A model generated the notes under the pieces. It had not been told where the DNA came from, did no database searches, and saw nothing but the letters and a program-made list of their open reading frames with translations. From Thermoplasmata archaeon (GTDB lineage Archaea > Thermoplasmatota > Thermoplasmata > RBG-16-68-12 > JAFNFQ01): a stretch of DNA of 39,830 nt. The DNA lies in NCBI GenBank assembly GCA_041489255.1, contig JBGPQV010000023.1, forward strand, positions 1 through 39,830, in the 5' to 3' direction. Of this stretch, positions 26,550 through 32,933 are shown one piece after another (within the stretch, counting starts at the first letter, position 1; every line of letters starts with the position of its first letter). A program made the position numbers and the translations under genes.

Positions 26550-27638
26550 TCAGGAGATTGGCGGGAGCAAGAGGATGTTTTCCTCCGCGAGTGCATCCTT
26601 GCCGAAGGCGACATTCATTCGGACTTGGATGAAATGGGTCAGCTTCGATATCTTGCCCGTGATTGAGGGATGCGCATCGGCGGGGACAGAGAGGTTGAAC
26701 TGCATTGTCTGGAGTGGGCTGCCTGGAGCGGGCAGTGTGGTCTCCGCGAGTACTCTCCGGGTGACGGTTTCATGGCCCTGAGCCTTCACCCATTCCCGCT
26801 CGACGAGCCGTATCCTTGTCCCCCGCACTCGGGTGAGGTCGAAGTCTGAGAACGTGACTCTGCCTTTGACCATGCCGCCGGGCGCGGATTCCATGCTGTC
26901 CAGGCTCACCTGGAGGATCGGGACGCCACTTGCCCCCAATGACTTCTCCGACCTGAAATCCACGGGGATTGTGTCGGGATATCGGCCTCGCCATTTCACC
27001 GAGATTGTCGATTCCGCAAGCACATCGACGTCGTGGATGATTGCGATTCGGAGCATGACGACACAGCGCATCTTCACATAGCTCCCCTGCAATGAAGGGA
27101 ATACGTCAAGAGGGAGCTGGAAAGCGAAGCCGTAGGAGTATGTTCCGGGGGCCAGCGACTTGTCCTCCAGGGTGCCAAGCGCAAGCGCCGCGGTCAGGCC
27201 CTGTGCCGTCAAATCGAGTTCCCTGTCCATCCATGCCGCTTTCTCTGCGTAGACGACCTCACCTTCGCCCGCCGATTCGGTGAATCTCACCTCCTCCCCG
27301 CCCCAGGCCCTTGCGACAATCGTGCCTATCCGGAGTTTGCGCGGCACGTTGAGCTCGATGCGGCCAGTGATTTTGTCTCCAGGCCGGGCAGAATCGACGT
27401 CGAATAGTATTCGAGGCACATCACTCGACATCCATTTCAATCGGAATAGAAAAAAGGTGCAGATGATGAAACCCATCAATGGAATCATGACGCAGGTGGT
27501 GGAAATGATCGGCGGGTAAGATTTGCTCCCGCCGAAAAAGATAATCGCAGTGCCCATCAACGCGCCGAAGAACATCGTCGCAAGAATCGATGCCGATTTG
27601 GACCGATCTATCCAGAGGTTCCTCTTCACTTCAGCCAC
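26550..27638 (-). CDS. Membrane-anchored arrestin-fold (arrestin N + C / Spo0M-like) protein
   Basis: Two N-terminal TM helices, then two similar beta-sandwich units: PGDKITGRI..LAPGTYSYGFAFQLP..PSLQG and PGGMVKGRV..FNLSVP..PSITGK. Confidence 0.7.
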   Translation of the reverse strand: MAEVKRNLWIDRSKSASILATMFFGALMGTAIIFFGGSKSYPPIISTTCVMIPLMGFIICTFFLFRLKWMSSDVPRILFDVDSARPGDKITGRIELNVPRKLRIGTIVARAWGGEEVRFTESAGEGEVVYAEKAAWMDRELDLTAQGLTAALALGTLEDKSLAPGTYSYGFAFQLPLDVFPSLQGSYVKMRCVVMLRIAIIHDVDVLAESTISVKWRGRYPDTIPVDFRSEKSLGASGVPILQVSLDSMESAPGGMVKGRVTFSDFDLTRVRGTRIRLVEREWVKAQGHETVTRRVLAETTLPAPGSPLQTMQFNLSVPADAHPSITGKISKLTHFIQVRMNVAFGKDALAEENILLLPPIS

Positions 27639-27727
27639 GATTGGCCAGAGGGGCGTCCCACCAGATGGATTTTGCGGGAGCCAGTGTAATCACACAAGCG
27701 GGCGCGACGATGCCGCAGGACGGCCGT

Positions 27728-28354
27728 CTACTGGCTGAACATCTCGACGCGTTCGTAGGTCTTCTTGACGTGCTTCAGGAGCGTATCGCGGTTCCGCCTC
27801 AGGTGGCTCTCGTACCAGACCTTGACGATGTCGCCCATGATACCGTGTATCTTGTCCAGGTCGACCTTCTCCACATCCGCCTCGTAGAGGTTGTGCTGCG
27901 CCCAGAGGCGCTTCCAGCCCGAGTATTTGTAGTAGTGTTCGCCCTCGCAGTACTCGAATGTCATGCGCAGGCGGGGCCTGCCGTCGATCGTGACGTAGTC
28001 AATCTTGAGCCCGTCCCCGATCCTGCCCTGGTCCTGGGTCTTGTCGAGCAGTTGTATCGAGTTGATTGCGGCGGGGTTGAACCCGGAGCGCCACGTCCAG
28101 TCCCCGTCGGGGAATGTGTCCTTGAACTGCGCGAAGGAGTTGTAGCTCGGCTCCAGGGTCAACGTGACGCTGATCTTGTTGAACCGCTTCCAGACCTTGA
28201 ACAGGTCTTCGATGAAGGACCTGTTGAGGTCCGCCTTCTTGGTCGCCTGCTCGCCGACATCGTGGACAATTTCCTCCGTCTTCTTCTGAAGCTCCATGTC
28301 GAGAGAGTCGAACCAGTCCCTTCCCTGACCCTTTGATTTCGGAGACACGGCCAT
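27728..28354 (-). CDS. Hypothetical soluble protein
   Basis: Likely start ATG 28354 (MAVSPKSK), 208 aa, strongly host-like codon usage, TTTTATC box ~27 nt upstream on the minus strand; no recognised motif. Confidence 0.8.
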   Translation of the reverse strand: MAVSPKSKGQGRDWFDSLDMELQKKTEEIVHDVGEQATKKADLNRSFIEDLFKVWKRFNKISVTLTLEPSYNSFAQFKDTFPDGDWTWRSGFNPAAINSIQLLDKTQDQGRIGDGLKIDYVTIDGRPRLRMTFEYCEGEHYYKYSGWKRLWAQHNLYEADVEKVDLDKIHGIMGDIVKVWYESHLRRNRDTLLKHVKKTYERVEMFSQ

Positions 28355-28512
28355 CACGAGTTGCGGAATATGAGTGGATGATAAAAGGCTTATGGATAGT
28401 CGGATGTAATAATCGCCATCGCACGCCGCGGCAGTAAGGATAGGGGCAGCTCGATGCCCAACCGGCCCGATCGCTCGAGATGCTTGGAATCGACTATGAT
28501 GCCGCCTGTCGC

Positions 28513-29151
28513 TCACCTTGTGCATCTCTCTGCGAGCACGGCAATGTTGCGGTGGCCCGGGGTGCTGTGGTACCTCGCCTCGCCTTTCTCCAGGACGGGG
28601 ACGATCACGCCGAGTTTCTCCAGACTCTTCAACGATTTCCTCAGGGAAGCGTCGCTCACTCCAGACAGCTTGATCGCGAGGCTCTTGACCGTGTCGCCTT
28701 CCTCGAATTTCTTCATGATCCTCACATCGTCCTCGCTGAAGGCGTCCTCGAATCTCACTCCTCTCATCACAGGGAGCTTGATTGTCGTCTCATCGCAGTG
28801 ATACGCCTCGACTCCGTTCTGGAACGCCGCTAGGATTGCCGCGTCGGCGAGAATCTTCGTGCCCCCGCTGATGTTCAAGACGACCTCCCCTCCCGCCAAA
28901 TGCTTCCTTATCGCTCCATTCATTCTATTGTAGCATTCGGCGAAGTCGAAAGGATCGACAGTCACCGTCTCGACCGTCCCGCCACCTTTCCCCTCAAGGG
29001 CGACCATGAGCTTGTACTCCTTCAGTTCCAGCACATCCTTGCCCGCCACGAGGACCAGACGGTTGTATCGGATGCTCCGCATCGCCGCGAAGATCTTCTT
29101 CTCGTTGAATCCGAAGGTGCAGATCAGGGTCCTGACGCTCACGGCGTTCAC
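28513..29151 (-). CDS. CARF-wHTH transcriptional regulator (Csa3/DUF6293-like), copy 2
   Basis: TLICTFGF (motif I), DPFDF, LNISGGTKIL (motif II), C-terminal wHTH (SLRKSLKSLEKLGVI). Overlaps copy 1 by 4 nt. Confidence 0.85.
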   Translation of the reverse strand: MNAVSVRTLICTFGFNEKKIFAAMRSIRYNRLVLVAGKDVLELKEYKLMVALEGKGGGTVETVTVDPFDFAECYNRMNGAIRKHLAGGEVVLNISGGTKILADAAILAAFQNGVEAYHCDETTIKLPVMRGVRFEDAFSEDDVRIMKKFEEGDTVKSLAIKLSGVSDASLRKSLKSLEKLGVIVPVLEKGEARYHSTPGHRNIAVLAERCTR

Positions 29152-29786
29152 TCCAAGAGGAGTTCGACGGCAGGCTCCACCTTCACCACCTTCGCCCGCC
29201 TGTCTCCCTTCTTCGCGGTCAGGGTCACGACACCTTTCTCGACCAGCCTTGAGACGTGATGGTTGATCGTCGCCTTCTTGACCCCGACGGCGTCCGCGAG
29301 CTCCCTCTCGGTGAGTTCGCTCTCCTTGTGGTCGATCAGGTATCGGAGGATCTCCCTCTGCTTGGTCGTGAGGGTAGCGGAGTACTTGATGCGGAGGAGC
29401 GGGAGGTGGAACGGCTGCAGGGTGCGGTCGTGGACATAGGTGGCGGGGATCCCCTCCAGGATGCTGATCAACAGGGCGGCGCTGCTCATGAGCTTCGTGC
29501 CGCCGGCGATGTTGAAGCAGGCGATCTCCGAGCCCTCCTTGCGGTACCTGCGGACATCCTGCTTCATCTCCTTGGCCAGCTGCAGGAAGTCGAAAGCGTC
29601 GTCGACGGGGATGGGGACCGCCTTGATGCCGAGGGTCTCGCAGTAGGAACAGACCTCGGACTTCGCCTTGAGACTGGAATCGTGGTGGTCATGGTAGAAG
29701 ACTACCTTCTCCACATCGGACGTTGCCTTGATCGCGGGCAGCAGCGCCTCGGAACGGAAGCCTAGTGTGCCGAACAGTACGGTCAT
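29148..29786 (-). CDS. CARF-wHTH transcriptional regulator (Csa3/DUF6293-like), copy 1
   Basis: VLFGTLGF, DAFDF, FNIAGGTKLM; MarR/ArsR-like wHTH LTTKQREIL..ELADAVGVKKATINHHVSRLVEKGVV..GDRR. Confidence 0.88.
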   Translation of the reverse strand: MTVLFGTLGFRSEALLPAIKATSDVEKVVFYHDHHDSSLKAKSEVCSYCETLGIKAVPIPVDDAFDFLQLAKEMKQDVRRYRKEGSEIACFNIAGGTKLMSSAALLISILEGIPATYVHDRTLQPFHLPLLRIKYSATLTTKQREILRYLIDHKESELTERELADAVGVKKATINHHVSRLVEKGVVTLTAKKGDRRAKVVKVEPAVELLLE

Positions 29787-29816
29787 GTTATCGCCTGTGT
29801 ATTGGTTTGAGACATA

Positions 29817-29834
29817 TTTGACAGATTTGTCAAA
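29817..29834. promoter_or_regulatory. Palindromic candidate operator in a divergent promoter region
   Basis: TTTGACA-gatt-TGTCAAA, a perfect 7-bp inverted repeat in an AT-rich spacer, 30 nt upstream of the CARF start and just before TATGTATAT on the plus strand. Confidence 0.6.
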
Positions 29835-29946
29835 CCGTATGTATATCTTTCATACCAATTCATCTTCGCGATGGTTTCATCCAGAATCACACGGTTTCAG
29901 TCAAGAGATAAGCTGCCACACTCACTTGGAGGACTGAGATGAGAAC

Positions 29947-30120
29947 ATGAGGAATTCGCATGACGATTGTCCGCAGTGCGGTGCGATTGACAGAAGGCTG
30001 TCCAGGATGACGATCTATGAGAAACGCGCGATCTTCGGCCTCCCGTTCCAGCAGTGGGGCTCCGGAGAATGGGCCGAGCTCTTCGGCGAGCTCCCGTCCG
30101 GCTTGGAGTTCGGGGCCTGA
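29947..30120 (+). CDS. 57-aa CPxCG microprotein, absent from the ORF track
   Basis: MRNSHDDCPQCGAIDRRLSRMTIYEKRAIFGLPFQQWGSGEWAELFGELPSGLEFGA; GGAGG upstream; hairpin and pyrimidine tract downstream. Confidence 0.55.
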   Translation: MRNSHDDCPQCGAIDRRLSRMTIYEKRAIFGLPFQQWGSGEWAELFGELPSGLEFGA

Positions 30121-30150
30121 GATTCAGATACGCGTGGTTCCTTCATCTGC

Positions 30151-30198
30151 TGGCGGGGGGTTCGGATGATTGACTCCCGCCATCTTTCTCTCTCTTCT
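30151..30198 (+). terminator. Hairpin plus pyrimidine tract
   Basis: TGGCGGG (30151-30157) pairs with CCCGCCA (30176-30182), followed by TCTTTCTCTCTCTTCT; lies between convergent genes. Confidence 0.5.
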
Positions 30199-30227
30199 GC
30201 TCAATTGGGCGGAATGCCGCCAACTTT

Positions 30228-31364
30228 CTACTGCTGCGGGGTGCTCGGTTTCTTTCTCCTCATCAGGAGGATGATCACGATCAGAGCGATCGCAACGATG
30301 AGGATGATGCTGATGTAGAGGATGATTGGCGTCTCCTCCTTTATCGGCTTCTCGCCGGTGAGGAACGCGCTCGCGAAGTTGTTGGTCTCGCTGACCTCTC
30401 TAACGAAGTTGCCCGGGTCAGCTGTGACGTTCAGGTACTGCAGGCCGAGCACAGCATCCCAAGCGACTTGCATGTAGGTCTGGTTGCCCGGGCCAAGGGT
30501 GACGCTCACATTAGTCAGGACCCGCGTCGAGCCCCCTGCATACAGGGTTACTAGCACGTGGAAAGTCGCGCTGAGCGTGCCCCAGTTCTCCACGCTAATG
30601 TTCGCGGTGATGTTGTCGCCCTCATTCGGGTGCGTGTTGGAGATGATTATGTCCTCTGTCTCGGCGACGATTTCGGGCAAGTCTTCATTCATTACGAGAA
30701 TGGAGATTCTATCCGAACCAGACAGCGATCTGTTGGTGACGGTCAAATCGTACCAATGGATTCCGACTCCCGCCGGCGCCGTGATCTGGACCCTGCACTT
30801 GCCGGTCACATTGGTCATTGTGTCCCATTGTTCAAGGGTGCTCCTTTTAATCGAGACATCTGACCATTCGGCCGGCGCGCTCGTGTTGTCGGAGTAGTAC
30901 GCGGTGACTGTGAGATTGACATTCTGCCCGGGGTACGCCTGGGTGATGTCCGCGGTCATCGTTGCGGTCATGTTGAACGCGTACTGGACGAAGATCGGGT
31001 CGGTTGAGTTGGTGTCGCCGTTGGTGTCCATCACGGAGAACACGTAGTCCATGCTAATCGAAGTCGGATCGAGGTCGACCGTCCAGTTGTAGATGTCGTT
31101 CGCATCGGGGCCGATCAGGTCATGGGGATGGCAGATGCCTCCAGGGAGCAAGTAGTAGAAGCAGTACTGGATCTGGGCGAATTGGATGGGGACCGCGCTC
31201 GTGATCTTCGCGGACATGTCCACTCGGTCTGTGAGCACGGGGAACCGTGGGAAGTGCTTCATCTGCTTGATCACCGGCGCTGCCTTCACGCCGAGGGGCA
31301 GGATCGACACGAGAAGCAGTCCTGTGATGATCATTGCCAGCATGGAGATCGACTTGCGGGTCAT
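30228..31364 (-). CDS. Surface protein with Ig-like and CARDB domains and C-terminal TM anchor
   Basis: Signal peptide; CARDB signature PNEGDNITANISVENWG..ADPGNFVREVSETNNFA; many NxS/T sequons; TM helix followed by RRKK. Confidence 0.85.
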   Translation of the reverse strand: MTRKSISMLAMIITGLLLVSILPLGVKAAPVIKQMKHFPRFPVLTDRVDMSAKITSAVPIQFAQIQYCFYYLLPGGICHPHDLIGPDANDIYNWTVDLDPTSISMDYVFSVMDTNGDTNSTDPIFVQYAFNMTATMTADITQAYPGQNVNLTVTAYYSDNTSAPAEWSDVSIKRSTLEQWDTMTNVTGKCRVQITAPAGVGIHWYDLTVTNRSLSGSDRISILVMNEDLPEIVAETEDIIISNTHPNEGDNITANISVENWGTLSATFHVLVTLYAGGSTRVLTNVSVTLGPGNQTYMQVAWDAVLGLQYLNVTADPGNFVREVSETNNFASAFLTGEKPIKEETPIILYISIILIVAIALIVIILLMRRKKPSTPQQ

Positions 31365-31457
31365 CGCTAGGCGATTCCCGCCACTCCCCCTTAAGCTTTC
31401 GCGTATCTGGCATGGGGTGCGGATACCCTTATTAGACGAATTGCGGTATCGAGGGGC

Positions 31458-32447
31458 ATGCGCAAGGGAGAGCTCCTCCGGAAGCCCGTGAGGGACATAG
31501 AGCCGACCGACAGCGTCGTGGAACTTGTCTCGGCGATGGGGGAGGCTGGCGGGTTCACCGCCAAGAAGGTCGCGGAGGGCGTCGACATACTGGAGCGGAT
31601 GGAGCGCGTTGAATGCACCAAGTTCCTTTCCTTCCCCGCCGCGCTCATGGCGACAGGCACGCGCGGCATCCTAAGGACGATGGCGGAGAAGCGACTGGTC
31701 GACGTCGTCATCACCACCTGCGGTACCGTCGATCATGACCTCGCGAGGACCTGGCGGGACTACTATCACGGGAGCTTCGAGATGGACGATGCGGCGCTGC
31801 ACCGCCTCGGAGTGAACCGCCTCGGCAACGTCCTCGTCCCGAACGAGAGCTACGGCATCGTGCTGGAGAAGAAGGTCCAGCCGATCCTCCAAGAACTCTG
31901 GGACTCGGGGAAGAGGTCGTTCTCGACCCGCGAGCTTCTCTGGGAGTTCGGGCGGCGCGCCGACAGCCGCAAGTCGTTCCTGTGGTGGTGCTGGAAGAAC
32001 AAGATTCCCGTCTTCATCCCCGCCATCCTCGACGGATCGTTCGGCTACCAGCTCTGGTCGTTCTGGCAGGACCACAAGGAGTTCCGCATCGACGAGTTCA
32101 GAGACGAGTCGGACCTCTCGGACATCGTCTACACCGCCAAGAAGACAGGCGCCCTGATTGTCGGCGGCGGTGTCTCCAAGCATCACACGATCTGGTGGAA
32201 CCAGTTCCGCGAGGGGCTCGACTACGCGGTGTACATTACGACCGCCCCGGAGTGGGACGGGTCGCTGAGCGGGGCGAGGATGCGAGAGGGGATTTCCTGG
32301 GGGAAGGTCAAGGAGCAGGCCGCCCAGGTCACGATCGAGGGCGACGCGAGCGTCCTGCTGCCGCTGATGTTGTCGGCACTGCAGCAGAGGCTCTCAAGAA
32401 AAGAGAAGAAGGCGAGAGCGAAGGCTCGCTCTTCCCGCCATAGATGA
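31458..32447 (+). CDS. dys: Deoxyhypusine synthase
   Basis: GGFTAK, ATGTRG, NRLGNVLVPNESY, PAILDGSFG, GGGVSKHH, DGSLSGARMREGISWGK, EGDAS. Confidence 0.96.
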   Translation: MRKGELLRKPVRDIEPTDSVVELVSAMGEAGGFTAKKVAEGVDILERMERVECTKFLSFPAALMATGTRGILRTMAEKRLVDVVITTCGTVDHDLARTWRDYYHGSFEMDDAALHRLGVNRLGNVLVPNESYGIVLEKKVQPILQELWDSGKRSFSTRELLWEFGRRADSRKSFLWWCWKNKIPVFIPAILDGSFGYQLWSFWQDHKEFRIDEFRDESDLSDIVYTAKKTGALIVGGGVSKHHTIWWNQFREGLDYAVYITTAPEWDGSLSGARMREGISWGKVKEQAAQVTIEGDASVLLPLMLSALQQRLSRKEKKARAKARSSRHR

Positions 32448-32477
32448 AACGAACAGGAGCAATCTGCACCCGTCAGG

Positions 32478-32702
32478 TCACTTTATGAGATAGTAGCCCG
32501 CCGCCTTCTCGCGGGCCTTCCGCTTCACGTAGCCCTTCGCCATGAGCTCCTGCAGGGCGTTGAGCACCATATTCTTCGGAAGTTTCGACATATGAGTGAT
32601 CTGGTCCGCGTCGCGCATCTTGTCCTCGACTGTCATGCCGGCTGACTTCATAACATCATAGACCTTGTTCGCCCTATCGGAAACGTCCGGAAGCGGTGGC
32701 AT
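32478..32702 (-). CDS. Small basic winged-helix protein (74 aa)
   Basis: ATG 32702 preceded by GGGAGG; LPKNMVLNALQELMAKGYVKRKAREKAAGYY fits a wHTH recognition helix plus wing. Confidence 0.75.
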   Translation of the reverse strand: MPPLPDVSDRANKVYDVMKSAGMTVEDKMRDADQITHMSKLPKNMVLNALQELMAKGYVKRKAREKAAGYYLIK

Positions 32703-32933
32703 TGTGTTGCCTCCCTTTATAGGGGGGCAGTAGAACACGGCCATACAAAAGCGTTTCCATGAGGTTACGGCGGCGAATATCAGACCGGGCAACGGGAGCA
32801 GGAACGGGATTCAGGCGGTTCTTCCCGCCATCCCCCGCCGCACCCTACTTAAAGGCATCGGCAAGACTCTTCCTCAAGACACTTCCGCTGCACTAGATAG
32901 ACACCCCGCCATATCTTGTCTCAGGTGAAAAAC

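Noticed and set aside
28355-28512. Possible structured ncRNA between the CARF pair and the downstream gene
   Set aside because: Only a 5-bp hairpin (GGGCA/TGCCC) is visible, which is expected by chance at this GC content.
28400-30230. CRISPR array or cas genes near the Csa3-like pair
   Set aside because: No direct repeats with unique spacers and no Cas1/Cas3/Cas10/RAMP motifs found by eye here or elsewhere in the window.
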